A stretch of DNA of 64,000 bases, taken from contig CAVUDP010000002.1 in the NCBI GenBank assembly GCA_963740315.1, forward strand, positions 2,400,001 to 2,464,000, written 5' to 3'. A program made the translations under genes and the position numbers. The notes below the pieces were generated by a model, which was not told where the DNA came from, ran no database searches, and saw only the letters and a list, made by a program, of their open reading frames with translations. Numbering within the stretch: the stretch's first letter is position 1; each line of letters starts with the position of its first letter. Positions 28,321-39,475 of the stretch are shown piece by piece. The stretch is from an uncultured cyanobacterium. GTDB lineage: Bacteria; Cyanobacteriota; Cyanobacteriia; Cyanobacteriales; Nostocaceae.

Positions 28321-30942
28321 ACTCTTAATTCCTAATTCTTTCCCAACTCTTTCGGGTGTCATTGGTAATTGTCGCAATCTTGCACCAGTAGCATGAGCGA
28401 TCGCATTTGCAATTGCTGGTGCGGTACAGTTAGTTGTAATTTCCCCTACACCTTTAGCACCAAATGGTCCGTAAGGATCGGTTTTTTCTACTAAAAATAC
28501 TTCCATTGGTGGCATATCTGCCGCTGTGGGGATGCGATATTCTCGCAATTTGGGATTAATTATTCTTCCTGATTCAAATAACAATTCTTCGGTTAATGCA
28601 TAACCAATTCCCATTGCAATTCCCCCGGTTGCTTGCCCTTCGCAAATTTTGGGATTAATTGCTTTACCCAGATCGATCGCTTGTACGCATCTTAAAACAT
28701 CTACTTTTCCCGTTTCTATATCAACTTCTACTTCCACACCTTGAACTGCAAAAGTTAAAGTTGCTTCATCTGCTGTATAGGTTTCTTCTACTTCGATTAT
28801 CGAGAGCGATCCAATTTTACCCGCTTGAATCTGCTTTAATTTCTCCGCCGCTAACTTAACAGCTTGTCCGGAAATATACATGGTTGCAGAAGCATAAGAA
28901 CCCGCATCAAAAGGTGTTAATTGTGTATCTCCGGAAATAATTTTTATGTCTGCAACCGTTACCCCTAATACTTCTGCGGCGATTTGTCGTAAAGTGGTAT
29001 CGGAACCCGTACCCACGTCAACCGAACCCGTTCTTAACTCGTACCCATCAGCTAAACGCGATAATTTTACGCTAGCAGTGTGGATTTTACATAAACCGCT
29101 TCCCTGCATAGAAACTGCAAAACCAACACCGCGACGACGATTATCTTCTATTAATGGCGGCGTATTCGGTATATAATTTAATGCTTCGATAACTTTAACA
29201 AAACACTCTTCCACTGCATAACTACCAATTAAATTAAAATGCTCGCCACTGTTTCCTAAGCTAACTATATCTCCCGGACGAATTAAATTTTTCTGCCTTA
29301 TTTCTATAACATCAATACCTAATTTATTCGCAATTTCATCAATTTGAGATTCCATTGCAAAAGTGCCTTGAGTTGCACCGTAACCGCGAAATGCACCTCC
29401 AGGCATGGTATTAGTATAAACGGCATAGGCTGTAAATCTTTTGTTATCGCAACGGTATAAACCCAAAGGAATATAACCAGATAAAAATACTACCGTCTTA
29501 CCATGATTGCCGTAAGCACCAGTATTTGCAATGATTTCTAAATCTTGAGCAATAATCGTACCATCTGCTTTAACTCCAGTTTTTAACTTAATTGTCATTG
29601 CATGACGGCTATTTGTAGCGGTAAATTCTTCATTTCTTGTCATCTCCCACTGCACGGGTTTACCAGTACGCAAAGTCGCTAATGCACACAAATCTTCTGT
29701 TAATATTTCTTGCTTATTGCCAAAACCGCCGCCGAGTTGTGGTTTATAAACGCGAATTTTCTCTTTAGGTAAATCAAAAAGTTGCGATAATAATCTTTGA
29801 GTGTGAAACGGTACTTGGGTACTGCTGCGAACAACTAAGATACCATCATCTAAATAAGTTACTGTCACATGAGGTTCTAAATGGACGTGTTGTACTGCTG
29901 GCAAAGTATAAGTATTTTCTACTATTAAATCCGCTTCAGCAAAACATGAATCAACATCTCCCGATTCCAGAAATATCTCACCAGCAATATTACGATCGCG
30001 ATCGGGTATTTGCTGAGATTCGGCTTCATCGTGAATCATAACGCTACCATTCATCGCTTCCACTGGATTGGTAACGTGGGGTAAAATTTCGTAATCAACC
30101 TCAATTAATTCGCAAGCAAGTTGTGCAATATCAACCGACTCAGCCACCACAGCAGCAACTCGATCGCCGATAAAACGTACTTTATTATCTAACAAATAAT
30201 GGTCTAAAGGATCGGGTACGGGTTCCGCGTGTCCGGCAGTGGTGTAAGGTATTCTTGGCACATCTTCGTAAGTAAAGATATCTACCACCCCCCGCAGTGC
30301 TTTCGCCTTGTCAACGCTAATCTTACGGATTCTGGCATGGGCAACCGGCGATCGCAATATTTTCAAATGTAATATTCCGGATTGCAAAATATCCGCAGTG
30401 TAGTATGCTTTACCTGTAACGATTGACGTTCCATCTTGTTTAGGAACGTTTTGTCCGACGGAGTGTGGTGTGATTGCGGGCGTGGCAAGGATGTCACGTC
30501 CATTTGATTTTTGATAAAGCAAAATACTTTCAATTATTGCTTGGTATCCAGTGCAGCGGCAAAGGTTTCCTTTCATATAAGTACGTAATTCTGACGGCGA
30601 CGCTTGGGGAAATTTTGCAGCACTCATAATCATTCCCGGAGTGCAAAACCCGCATTGAAATCCCTGGGCTTGTAAAAACGCTTGCTGTATCGGTGCAAGT
30701 TCGTTATTTGACGATAATCCTTCAATAGTAGTTACAGATTGTTCGTTAATTCGCATCGCCGGGTAAATACAGCTATGCACTGGCGTATCATTAACCCAAA
30801 CAGTACAAGCGCCACAATCACCAGTTTCGCAAACCCGATGTACGCCAAAGTAATTAAGTTGACGAAGCAAGGAAAGAAGGCTGCTTCCAGGATGACAGGT
30901 TGCGGTATGAGTTTGATTATTAACTTTAAATACAGGTTGCAT
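28318..30942 (-). CDS. Xanthine dehydrogenase family molybdopterin subunit with fused N-terminal 2x[2Fe-2S] domain
   Basis: CETGDCGAC, QCGFCTPG, NLCRCTGY, GGGFG, AFRGYG, AKGVGE. Confidence 0.9.
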   Translation of the reverse strand: MQPVFKVNNQTHTATCHPGSSLLSLLRQLNYFGVHRVCETGDCGACTVWVNDTPVHSCIYPAMRINEQSVTTIEGLSSNNELAPIQQAFLQAQGFQCGFCTPGMIMSAAKFPQASPSELRTYMKGNLCRCTGYQAIIESILLYQKSNGRDILATPAITPHSVGQNVPKQDGTSIVTGKAYYTADILQSGILHLKILRSPVAHARIRKISVDKAKALRGVVDIFTYEDVPRIPYTTAGHAEPVPDPLDHYLLDNKVRFIGDRVAAVVAESVDIAQLACELIEVDYEILPHVTNPVEAMNGSVMIHDEAESQQIPDRDRNIAGEIFLESGDVDSCFAEADLIVENTYTLPAVQHVHLEPHVTVTYLDDGILVVRSSTQVPFHTQRLLSQLFDLPKEKIRVYKPQLGGGFGNKQEILTEDLCALATLRTGKPVQWEMTRNEEFTATNSRHAMTIKLKTGVKADGTIIAQDLEIIANTGAYGNHGKTVVFLSGYIPLGLYRCDNKRFTAYAVYTNTMPGGAFRGYGATQGTFAMESQIDEIANKLGIDVIEIRQKNLIRPGDIVSLGNSGEHFNLIGSYAVEECFVKVIEALNYIPNTPPLIEDNRRRGVGFAVSMQGSGLCKIHTASVKLSRLADGYELRTGSVDVGTGSDTTLRQIAAEVLGVTVADIKIISGDTQLTPFDAGSYASATMYISGQAVKLAAEKLKQIQAGKIGSLSIIEVEETYTADEATLTFAVQGVEVEVDIETGKVDVLRCVQAIDLGKAINPKICEGQATGGIAMGIGYALTEELLFESGRIINPKLREYRIPTAADMPPMEVFLVEKTDPYGPFGAKGVGEITTNCTAPAIANAIAHATGARLRQLPMTPERVGKELGIKS

Positions 30943-30978
30943 ATATTAGAAGGGAGTTGGGAGTAGGAAGTAGGGAAT

Positions 30979-31803
30979 CTAAAATTCAAAATTATTTAAA
31001 CAGCGTTTAATTAAAACCTGGGTAATTTCGCGACGATAAACAGCACTAGCCCGATTATCTTCAATAAAATCCATATCCAAAGCAGCTATGTAATTCAAAT
31101 TCGTCTCTAAATCAGCTTCAAATTCTAACAAAACTGGTGCAGCAACACTCGCAGCGATCGCTAACCGCAACTTATTCGCATTATTATAAGCACCCACAAC
31201 AATAGCTAAAGCAGAATCGCTCGCCGCAATTCCAAAGCGTTGATAATTAACAAGCCATTTCATGTTTTCTACAGGAATCAAAACTCGCCGCAATAATTCC
31301 CCAGACTGCAAAACCGTTTGACGGGAACCGATTTGAAAATTTTTCGCTGCAACGATTCGCGATTCTCCGGCTCTATTGCAAATCTCATAACTTGCATCCA
31401 AAGCCACCATAATAGGTGCAAGAGTACCTACCGATAATGCAAGGCAAATATTTCCCCCTACCGTTGCCACATTAACAACTTTTAAGGAAGCAGAAAGAGC
31501 AGATATCGCGCCCTTAAAGCCTTCCACAGCCTTGTATTCAGATAACCAAGGATGCTCTAATAACTTAATTAAAGGACAAGTTGCACCGATCGCTAATAAT
31601 TCCCCTGGATAAAAATTAAAAGAATTTACAACCTCAATTTCATCCCATCCCAAAGACTGTATATCTACCAACGTTTTTATCTGAGGCTGTGGTTCGGAAA
31701 ATAACCAAGTACCTCCAGCCAACCAACTCCAACCTTCACCCCAATCGGTAACATTATTAATATCTGTAGCAATTAAATAATTATCTATATTATGCAAATC
31801 CAT
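30979..31803 (-). CDS. Xanthine dehydrogenase family FAD-binding subunit
   Basis: LAGGTW, ATVGGN, RASAVYRR; adjacent to the Mo subunit. Confidence 0.85.
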   Translation of the reverse strand: MDLHNIDNYLIATDINNVTDWGEGWSWLAGGTWLFSEPQPQIKTLVDIQSLGWDEIEVVNSFNFYPGELLAIGATCPLIKLLEHPWLSEYKAVEGFKGAISALSASLKVVNVATVGGNICLALSVGTLAPIMVALDASYEICNRAGESRIVAAKNFQIGSRQTVLQSGELLRRVLIPVENMKWLVNYQRFGIAASDSALAIVVGAYNNANKLRLAIAASVAAPVLLEFEADLETNLNYIAALDMDFIEDNRASAVYRREITQVLIKRCLNNFEF

Positions 31804-32006
31804 TCTGTTTACTTAATAATAAATGTATTTTTATTTACCAAAACTAACCAGATGACTGGAAATTAGAGAAGCTATATTTAGTATATTAAGAAACAAGGAT
31901 TTTGAACTATTCTCTTGCTGAGCGATCAATTTTTGGTAACTTCAAAACGGCACTAAATCTTGCTCCTCATCCGCTAACCTATAGTTAGTTGCTTTCTCTA
32001 TGCACG

Positions 32007-32795
32007 ATGTACCAAACAGATCCACCCCGTCCTCCCAAAGAAGTACTGCCTACAATGTACGATCTTCCTAGCGAAAACTTGGAGGAACCTGGTTTGCCTG
32101 ACGAATTTCACGATTTTCAACCGCAACTGCTGCGAGAAACTTTTCAACCACCGAACTACTCAACTGATGAAGTATTCGTCGGCAGCGACTTAAACTTATA
32201 TTACGACCCGCACCATACTTTATGGTATAAGCGTCCAGATTGGTTTGCCGTTTTAGGAGCTTCTCGTTTTTACGAACAACAAGAGTTGCGTTTAAGTTAT
32301 GTTGTTTGGCAAGAAGGAATAGATCCAACAGTTGTAGTAGAATTACTTTCTCCGGGTACAGAAAAAGAAGATTTAGGACAAACTCTACGAGAAGTTAACC
32401 AGCCACCAACTAAATGGGAAGTTTACGAAAGAATTTTAAGAATTCCTTACTATATAATATTCGATCGCTATACCGATAATTTACAAGTATTTCAAAACAT
32501 TGCAGGTCGTTACCAAGAACTAACTTTAACTGAATCTCCCGTTTGGTTATCTTCTGTAGAATTAGGTATTGGGTTATGGCAAGGTACTTATCAAGGTATC
32601 GAGCGGCTGTGGTTGCGCTGGTATGATGCCCAAGGAAACTTGATTCCTACCCCCTCCGGAAAAGTTGAACAACAGCTTGAACGAGTTGAACAACAGCGCG
32701 AGTCAACACAACAACAACTCGAACAAGAACGCGCAAAAACCGAACGTTTAGCCGCAAGATTGCGAGAATTAGGAGTTAATCCCGAGGAATTGTAG
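32007..32795 (+). CDS. Uma2 (DUF820) family endonuclease-fold protein
   Basis: LPTMYDLPSE, PDWFAV, VVELLSP, coiled-coil tail ending LRELGVNPE. Confidence 0.9.
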   Translation: MYQTDPPRPPKEVLPTMYDLPSENLEEPGLPDEFHDFQPQLLRETFQPPNYSTDEVFVGSDLNLYYDPHHTLWYKRPDWFAVLGASRFYEQQELRLSYVVWQEGIDPTVVVELLSPGTEKEDLGQTLREVNQPPTKWEVYERILRIPYYIIFDRYTDNLQVFQNIAGRYQELTLTESPVWLSSVELGIGLWQGTYQGIERLWLRWYDAQGNLIPTPSGKVEQQLERVEQQRESTQQQLEQERAKTERLAARLRELGVNPEEL

Positions 32796-33020
32796 ACACA
32801 AAGCAGCGATCAATAATTACCCATAAGCCATTCAGATCGATTCCAGTTGCAGCAGAGTGTTGGGCTTCCCCGACAGTAGGGCAAATGGCGTGCTGAGGGC
32901 ACAGAGGAAATGCCAACGGAAAAGATATCAAGCTATCATCGATCATAAATTGTTTGGAATAAGCGATTAGAAATGCTTTCCTACTGTAATAAGAAATAAA
33001 TAATTAAAAAGGTATAAATT

Positions 33021-33248
33021 ATGAAAACTGACCGTGAGAGAGAAGAATTAATTAAAGACATCACTGTAATGCTTTACCAAGCTTACGACAGTACTTTAGA
33101 CGAAATTTATACCTTATTAAAAACAATTGATGACCAAGAAGACGAAGAAGATTTAAAAGCGATTCAAGAAGCTAGAGAAGATATACGTATTAATGGTACC
33201 GTTACCTGGGAAGAAATAAAAAATGAAATGAAAAAGGATGTTGCCTAA
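33021..33248 (+). CDS. Putative antitoxin
   Basis: Small acidic protein (EDEEDLKAIQEARE...VTWEEIK) overlapping a RelE-like gene. Confidence 0.7.
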   Translation: MKTDREREELIKDITVMLYQAYDSTLDEIYTLLKTIDDQEDEEDLKAIQEAREDIRINGTVTWEEIKNEMKKDVA

Positions 33249-33489
33249 AGTTGCGAAAAAACAATTCAATAAATTACCTTCAGATGTCCAAGAACGCATC
33301 GAAACTAAGATTAATAATTTGGCAATAGAACCTCGTCCTAATGGGGTGAAAAAAATACAAGGTGAAGAGAATTCCTATCGTATTCGAGTCGGAGATTATC
33401 GAGTAGTATACGATATTCTTGACGATATTTTATTAGTAACTGTAATTAGGGTCAAACATCGAAGTCAGGTTTATCGAAATAACAGTTAA
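33238..33489 (+). CDS. RelE/ParE-family toxin, N-terminus apparently shortened
   Basis: PRPNGVKKIQG, YRIRVGDYRVVY, KHRSQVY. Confidence 0.8.
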   Translation: MLPKVAKKQFNKLPSDVQERIETKINNLAIEPRPNGVKKIQGEENSYRIRVGDYRVVYDILDDILLVTVIRVKHRSQVYRNNS

Positions 33490-33523
33490 CAAACAATATT
33501 CCCAATGCCCAATCCCTAATGCC

Positions 33524-34639
33524 CTAACTCATCTCTTGCAACACCTCTCGAATCACTTCCGATGGCACTTCCGAGGTAATAATCACCGCACCAATTTGAG
33601 TTGGTAATATAAACCGGACTTTACCTGCTTTGACTTTTTTATCTAATTGCAACGACTCAATTATCTCTGCAATATCTAACCCTGCTGGTAATACGGTAGG
33701 TAAACCTGCTTTTTCAATCAAAGCGTTTTGTCTTTTTACTTCTTCTGCTTGCCACATTCCAAGTTTTACGGCAATTTCTCCGGCTGCTACCATACCGATC
33801 GCCACTGCTTCACCATGATTAACTACGCTGTAACCCGTCAAGCTTTCCACGGCATGAGCAATGGTGTGTCCGTAGTTGAGAATAGCTCGCAATCCCCCTT
33901 CTTTCTCATCTTTACTGACTACATCAGCCTTGGCTTGACAAGAGCGCGTTAATATGTAGTCAATTAAAGATTTTTCTCCACCAGAGTAGGGAGCCATCAA
34001 ATATTCAATGCGATCGAGACTTTCGCAGCGTTCCATCTCTGCAAATAAATCGGCATCCCAAATTACGCCATATTTAATCACTTCTGCCATTCCGGCGCGT
34101 AATTCCCTTTGTGAAAGAGTTTTCAGCACTTCTGGATCGATTAACACCAAGCGTGGTTGATGAAAAGCGCCAATCAAATTTTTACCTTGAGGATGGTTAA
34201 CACCAGTTTTGCCACCCACCGAAGCATCCACCATAGCCAAAAGCGAAGTCGGCACCTGTACAAACTTGATACCCCGCAGCCAAGTAGCCGCAGCAAAACC
34301 CGTCATATCGCCAATTACGCCGCCACCCAAAGCCACCATAGTAGATGAACGTTCTACGCGATTATCCAGAGCCGCATCGTATATTTTTTGTATAGAATTT
34401 AAATTTTTATACTGTTCGCCATCGGGCAAAATGCAGTTACATACATCAAAACCAGCAGCTTCAAGCGATTTTAACGCCCTTTCCCCATAATGTTCAAAAA
34501 CCGTCGAGTTAGAAACCAACAGCACCTTCTTACCCAACTGCAAATTATTCATATAATCGCCGAGCTTATCCAAACTTCCCAGCGCGATCGCAATTTCATA
34601 AGACGACAGTGGAAGATTTACTTTAATCGCAGAAGACAT
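33524..34639 (-). CDS. aroB: 3-dehydroquinate synthase
   Basis: [30 protein letters not shown]. Confidence 0.95.
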   Translation of the reverse strand: MSSAIKVNLPLSSYEIAIALGSLDKLGDYMNNLQLGKKVLLVSNSTVFEHYGERALKSLEAAGFDVCNCILPDGEQYKNLNSIQKIYDAALDNRVERSSTMVALGGGVIGDMTGFAAATWLRGIKFVQVPTSLLAMVDASVGGKTGVNHPQGKNLIGAFHQPRLVLIDPEVLKTLSQRELRAGMAEVIKYGVIWDADLFAEMERCESLDRIEYLMAPYSGGEKSLIDYILTRSCQAKADVVSKDEKEGGLRAILNYGHTIAHAVESLTGYSVVNHGEAVAIGMVAAGEIAVKLGMWQAEEVKRQNALIEKAGLPTVLPAGLDIAEIIESLQLDKKVKAGKVRFILPTQIGAVIITSEVPSEVIREVLQEMS

Positions 34640-34689
34640 TCTTTAAACCCCATAACAAGTCCCCGTGCTGTATTGTATCGCAATTTCGG

Positions 34690-34790
34690 AGATGGGGAGA
34701 TGGGGAGATGGGGAGATGGGGAGAGGGGGGAGAGGGGGGAGAAATTTGAACAACTAACAGCTAACAACTAACAACTAACAACTAACTAAT
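34690..34790. repeat. STRR tracts (GGGGAGAT; CAACTAA)
   Basis: Tandem short repeats. Confidence 0.85.
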
Positions 34791-34840
34791 GCTTCAATAT
34801 AAAGAATAAAGAAAGATTGAACGATTGTGGAGAAAAGTAA

Positions 34841-34936
34841 ATGCTAGGTATAGTTTCGTATATTGGTTCCTTAGTTCTATTTATCGGCATCGCTGCTGGT
34901 TTACTCTTCGGCTTGCGTGCCGCCAAGATCATTTAA
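34841..34936 (+). CDS. petL: Cytochrome b6f subunit PetL (31 aa, absent from the ORF track)
   Basis: Manual translation [38 protein letters not shown]; single TM typical of Nostocales PetL. Confidence 0.9.
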   Translation: MLGIVSYIGSLVLFIGIAAGLLFGLRAAKII

Positions 34937-34959
34937 TAATTTGGGCATGGGGGAGGGAT

Positions 34960-35091
34960 AGGTTAAAGGTTAAAGGTGAGGAGTTAGGAGTTAAGAGTTA
35001 GAAATTATCTACACCCTCTACACCCTCTACACCCTCTCCCCCCTCTCCCCCTCTACCCCCTCTCCCCCCTCTACCCCCTCTTCCCCCTCCC
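34960..35091. repeat. STRR tracts (GGTTAAA, GAGTTA, ACCCTCTAC)
   Basis: Tandem short repeats. Confidence 0.85.
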
Positions 35092-36084
35092 TTAACTAGT
35101 AACCGACAACTCTTTCCGATTCGCTGGCGATCGCGCTTCCAAGCCTAGTAAATTTAACATTTCTTTATCGGCATCGTATCCGGGGCAAGGTGTGGTAACG
35201 GTTAACATTTTTCCGTCGTCGCTGGAAAATATGGAGTTTGCACCTGCCATGAAGCACATTGCTTGCTCTATTTGTGAAAGTCTTGACCTACCAGCGCTCA
35301 AACGAACGTCGGAATTTGGCATTACAATACGGGCTGTGGCTATCATCCGAATTACTTCGGTGACGGGCACATCCGGCTGATTTTCTAATGGCGTACCTTC
35401 GACTTGCGAAAGGATATTGATGGGTACGGATTCTGGATGGGGTTGCAGATTGGATAAAGTACGTAACATTGAAACTCGATCGCCAACGGTTTCGCCTAAA
35501 CCAAGGATACCGCCGGAACATACGGTTACGTTTGTTTGACGAACATTTTCGATGGTATTGAGGCGATCGCTATAAGTTCGAGTAGTGATGATGGTGCTGT
35601 AATAGTCTTGTGAAGTATCGAGATTATGGTTATAAGCGTAAAGCCCCGCATCTTCTAAACGCTTTGCTTGTGAAGAGTTGAGCATTCCTAAAGTGCAGCA
35701 TACTTCTAAATCTAATGCTGTCACTTCTTTTACCATATCTAATACTTGCTCGAATTGAGAATTATCCCTGACTTCGCGCCAAGCAGCACCCATACAAACC
35801 CGACTAACACCGCTTTCTTTAGCTTGTTTGGCGATATCAATTACTGTTTGTTTATCTAAGAGAGATTCCGGTTTAACTTCTGTTTTATAACGAGAAGATT
35901 GAGCGCAGTAACTGCAATCTTCTGGACAAGCGCCAGTCTTAATTGATACCAGTTTACAAACCTGTATCTTTCTCGAATCGTGGTACTGACGATGTATGGT
36001 AGCAGCTTGATAAATTAACTCAAGCAAAGGCGTATCATATATTGAGCGTATTTCTGCTTCTTGCCAATCGTAGCGTATTCCCAC
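35092..36084 (-). CDS. bioB: Biotin synthase
   Basis: CPEDCSYC radical SAM motif, YNHNLDT, PESVPIN, RLSAGR. Confidence 0.95.
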   Translation of the reverse strand: MGIRYDWQEAEIRSIYDTPLLELIYQAATIHRQYHDSRKIQVCKLVSIKTGACPEDCSYCAQSSRYKTEVKPESLLDKQTVIDIAKQAKESGVSRVCMGAAWREVRDNSQFEQVLDMVKEVTALDLEVCCTLGMLNSSQAKRLEDAGLYAYNHNLDTSQDYYSTIITTRTYSDRLNTIENVRQTNVTVCSGGILGLGETVGDRVSMLRTLSNLQPHPESVPINILSQVEGTPLENQPDVPVTEVIRMIATARIVMPNSDVRLSAGRSRLSQIEQAMCFMAGANSIFSSDDGKMLTVTTPCPGYDADKEMLNLLGLEARSPANRKELSVTS

Positions 36085-36320
36085 AGAGCAAATAATCCTT
36101 TTTTACAATTATCAATGGTCAAAGGTCTGCATGTCAAAGGTCAAAGGTTAAAGTTCTCCTTGTCCCCCTCTTCCCCCTCTTCCCCCTCTTCCCCCTCTTC
36201 CCCATCTCCTTGTCTTTCATAATCCAGCCTACTTTTTTTTTGAGAATCCTCTGGTAAATTATTTAGGGTAAACAATTGCCTAGATAGAAATCGTCAACTA
36301 GGCTACATTTTATCAAATTT

Positions 36321-37049
36321 ATGAATACGCAATCTCAGAAAATTATCAAATTAAATGAAAATTATAATACAACTAAATCTAGTAAATTAGGTGGTTACTT
36401 TTTTCGCAGGGTGGAAAATTTAAAATCAACTATTAATTCGGTTGAAGTTGCCAAAAATGCTTATAACTCTGCAATTTTATTAGTAACAGGTTGTATTATC
36501 TTTTTGGTGCTTGTAATTGGTATTTTCTATCAAGGATTTGAGAAACCAGCATATGAATTAACCGCAGGGCAAGGGAATGTTGCAATTGTTGCTGATGTTC
36601 ATCGTCAAGCGGTGCTGTCAGATTATCTCAAAACGATGACGGTAACAATTGTTAAAGAAAATCCTCAATCAATTAGAAAAAAAACGGCTGCTTTTCGAGC
36701 GATGACTCAGGCTACTTTAGAGGAACTTGACCCCATACGCAAGCGTTTTGTCATTATGTTTTTACAAGATGCAAAATTACTTAAAATATCAGCACAAAAA
36801 CACATATCGTTGTTAATAGGTGTAAACTTAGCCGGAGTTAACTTACAGGGAATGAATTTCCGGTTTAACGATTTACAAGGTGTTAATTTTGAAAATTCAG
36901 ATTTACGCGGTGCCGATTTACGCTCTTCAAAATTGAATAACGCTAAACTGTCTAATTCTTGTTACAACAATTACACATTATTTGATAAACATTTCGATCC
37001 AGTTGCAGCAGGCATGAGAGAAGTGGGACAATCTCAAATGTGTTCCTAA
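36321..37049 (+). CDS. Membrane-anchored pentapeptide-repeat protein
   Basis: One TM; VNLAG VNLQG...SDLRG ADLRS pentapeptides. Confidence 0.8.
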   Translation: MNTQSQKIIKLNENYNTTKSSKLGGYFFRRVENLKSTINSVEVAKNAYNSAILLVTGCIIFLVLVIGIFYQGFEKPAYELTAGQGNVAIVADVHRQAVLSDYLKTMTVTIVKENPQSIRKKTAAFRAMTQATLEELDPIRKRFVIMFLQDAKLLKISAQKHISLLIGVNLAGVNLQGMNFRFNDLQGVNFENSDLRGADLRSSKLNNAKLSNSCYNNYTLFDKHFDPVAAGMREVGQSQMCS

Positions 37050-37077
37050 TTAATATTACTGGCTCTAAATATAAAAT

Positions 37078-37641
37078 ATGCAACCGCAACTGCCGCGTAT
37101 TGTTACTAAACGCTTATTATTACGATTGGCTACTCAGGAAGATGTACCACTAATTATCAATTATTACAGTGATAATAGAGCTTATCTTACTCCTTTCTAT
37201 CCTGCATGGTCGGAAAACTTTTTTACTCAAGCATATTGGCATAGTGAAGTAGAAAAAGCTGTGCAAGAATTTATCCAAGGACATTCGCTAAGACTGCTGA
37301 TTTTTTCTCAAACCGAGTCTACAATAATTGGAATAATTAATTTCCGCAATTTTATTCGAGGTGTCGCACAATTTTGTACCGTAGGTTACAGTTTAGCAGA
37401 AAAAGAACAAGGTAAGGGTTATATGAGTGAAGCCTTACAAGCGAGTGTTGATTATGTATTTGAAGAGTTAAAAATGCACCGTATTATGGCAAATTATATG
37501 CCTCACAATCAAAGTAGCGGTAATTTGCTCAAGAGGTTAGGATTTGTGGTGGAAGGTTATGCTAGAGACTATTTATTAATTAGCGATCGATGGCAAGACC
37601 ATATTTTAACAAGTTTGACAAATCCTCAATGGAAAGCTTAA
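37078..37641 (+). CDS. rimJ: RimJ-type GNAT N-acetyltransferase
   Basis: QGKGYMSEAL, MHRIMANYMPHN, GFVVEGYARDYL, WQDH. Confidence 0.8.
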   Translation: MQPQLPRIVTKRLLLRLATQEDVPLIINYYSDNRAYLTPFYPAWSENFFTQAYWHSEVEKAVQEFIQGHSLRLLIFSQTESTIIGIINFRNFIRGVAQFCTVGYSLAEKEQGKGYMSEALQASVDYVFEELKMHRIMANYMPHNQSSGNLLKRLGFVVEGYARDYLLISDRWQDHILTSLTNPQWKA

Positions 37642-37706
37642 ATAAACGAACGACTATTAGCAAATCCAGAATCTAAAAACTAAAATATTTTAAGGGGTTT
37701 TTCTCA

Positions 37707-38105
37707 ATGTTTAGTAAAACAACACAGCGTTTTTCCGTATTATTGACTGCCACAGTTTTGAGCGTATTTTTAAATGGAATTTCTGCCAAAAAAGCCGAAG
37801 CAGTACCTAAATTTATTTTAGTTCCGCTGACAATACAAGCAACAGGATATGCAATCCCGCGTATTTATAAAAGACTGACTCCACAACAGCAAAAAAAAGT
37901 AGATGCTATTCAAGATGAAGCATTTAGACAAATTACTAACGTCTTAACTAGAGCGCAGCGCAGTGAAATTGTGCAATCCTTAAAAACGCGCCAAGGAAGA
38001 AGAAAACTAATTCAATCGATGAAATTAACACCAGAACAAAAAGCTCGCATTCAATCAATAGTTAAAACATCTCGCCAAAAAATGAACGCGATCGCTGGTA
38101 ATTAA
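37707..38105 (+). CDS. Secreted LTXXQ-motif (Spy/CpxP-like) protein
   Basis: Signal peptide; LTPQQ, LTRAQ, LTPEQ motifs. Confidence 0.6.
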   Translation: MFSKTTQRFSVLLTATVLSVFLNGISAKKAEAVPKFILVPLTIQATGYAIPRIYKRLTPQQQKKVDAIQDEAFRQITNVLTRAQRSEIVQSLKTRQGRRKLIQSMKLTPEQKARIQSIVKTSRQKMNAIAGN

Positions 38106-38141
38106 TTCATTTACTAATTTATATTATCAATCATTAATAAT

Positions 38142-38166
38142 GTAGAGACGTTGCACTGCAACGTCT
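38142..38166. repeat. GTAG-headed REP-like palindrome (second copy 42153-42178)
   Basis: GTAGAGACGTTGCACTGCAACGTCT and GTAGAGACGTAGCACTGCTACGTCTC, with compensatory stem changes. Confidence 0.75.
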
Positions 38167-38189
38167 TTTTATGTATATTGAAAACGAAT

Positions 38190-38255
38190 CAACCTTCAAC
38201 CTTCAACCTTCAACCTTCAACCTTCAACCTTCAACCTTTAACCTTTAACCTTCAA
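38190..38255. repeat. STRR (CAACCTT)n overlapping the 3' end of the EEP gene
   Basis: Tandem heptamers. Confidence 0.9.
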
Positions 38256-39230
38256 AACCAAATCACTAATAACAGGTGCATGATCGGAATTAGCATTGTT
38301 TCCAATATGAACCCCAGCTACTTTAAAATAATTATTTACAAAGCAATGATCGATAGGAATATTTAGAAAATTCTCCATTATAAATATCAACCATTTTGGG
38401 TAGTGTAAATATGATGTATCTCGTATCCAACTTGGTAAAATACCATAACCCAAACGAGTATTATGCAACTTAGTTCTACTGACAAACATTTTATAATAAG
38501 GCGACCAAGGAGTTAAATTAAAGTCTCCAGCTACAATTAACGGAACTTTTGTATTTGTAATGCGATCGCTTAAGGCAGCTAGCTGCATATTACGATTATC
38601 GAAAGTAGATGGTTTGATGGGTACAAAAGCATGAGTTCCAATAAATTCAACAGGTTGATTGTTTATTAATAAAGTTGCCATCAAGTTAAAATAATTTGTG
38701 TTTAAGTCATCTCCTCGCGCATCTTGAATAGGGAAGCGACTTAATATAGCTAATCCACCAGGACTTTTAAAACTATAAGGTAAAATATCTTTCAATCCGG
38801 CATTTAACTTATTAACCGTATTTTGTTCAATTTCAACAAATAAAGCTATATCGGGACGCTCAAACTTTACTACATCTATAATTTCTCGATCGCGCTTATT
38901 TTGAGTATTAATATTAAACTGTAAAAATCTAATTGATTCAGCAGTATTTTGCGTAAGTTGTTGATGCGGTAAATACCAGGGGATGACTTCTATTGAATTC
39001 AATCCTACCAACAGTAAAGCGCAAAAAATAAGCAGTCTTTTTTTGAGATAACCATAAGAATATAGTATAGATAAAAATACGGTAAAAATTAGCGATAGGA
39101 TAAAATATTGAACTCGAAAATGAGTTAATAATTCTATCGGATATTTCCACGCAATATAGCTTCCTAATGATACAACTCCTAAACTAAACAAACTTACAAA
39201 TGCTAAAATAGGAATTATCTTTTTAAACAT
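38238..39230 (-). CDS. Membrane-anchored endonuclease/exonuclease/phosphatase family protein
   Basis: Three N-terminal TMs; AGDFN, IDH, SDHAP. Confidence 0.85.
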   Translation of the reverse strand: MFKKIIPILAFVSLFSLGVVSLGSYIAWKYPIELLTHFRVQYFILSLIFTVFLSILYSYGYLKKRLLIFCALLLVGLNSIEVIPWYLPHQQLTQNTAESIRFLQFNINTQNKRDREIIDVVKFERPDIALFVEIEQNTVNKLNAGLKDILPYSFKSPGGLAILSRFPIQDARGDDLNTNYFNLMATLLINNQPVEFIGTHAFVPIKPSTFDNRNMQLAALSDRITNTKVPLIVAGDFNLTPWSPYYKMFVSRTKLHNTRLGYGILPSWIRDTSYLHYPKWLIFIMENFLNIPIDHCFVNNYFKVAGVHIGNNANSDHAPVISDLVLKVKG

Positions 39231-39475
39231 ATTTTTCTTCGATAAGATAGCGATTATATTGATATCAAATCGATTCAGTTAAATCTAGAACAATAGCTAC
39301 TCTTTACAGAAATAAAGTATTTTAAAGGTTAAAGGTTAATAACTGATAACTCCCCATCCCCCCATCTCCCCATCTCCCCATCCCCCCATCCCCCCATCCC
39401 CCCATCCCCCCATCTCCCCCACTCTCCCCTCTCAGATGTACTATTAAGGGAATGGCAAACTAACCCGCACTGGTA

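Noticed and set aside
31825..31838. GTA-N8-TAC upstream of the FAD-subunit gene
   Set aside because: Only 21 nt from the ATG, all-AT spacer and no -10 at activator spacing; could be chance, so not called
31804..31990. Purine or guanidine riboswitch ahead of the xanthine dehydrogenase genes
   Set aside because: No conserved aptamer motifs recognised; an Rfam scan would settle it
32007..33489. Uma2 plus TA pair as a dedicated defence system
   Set aside because: Both families are highly multicopy in cyanobacteria; adjacency alone is weak evidence
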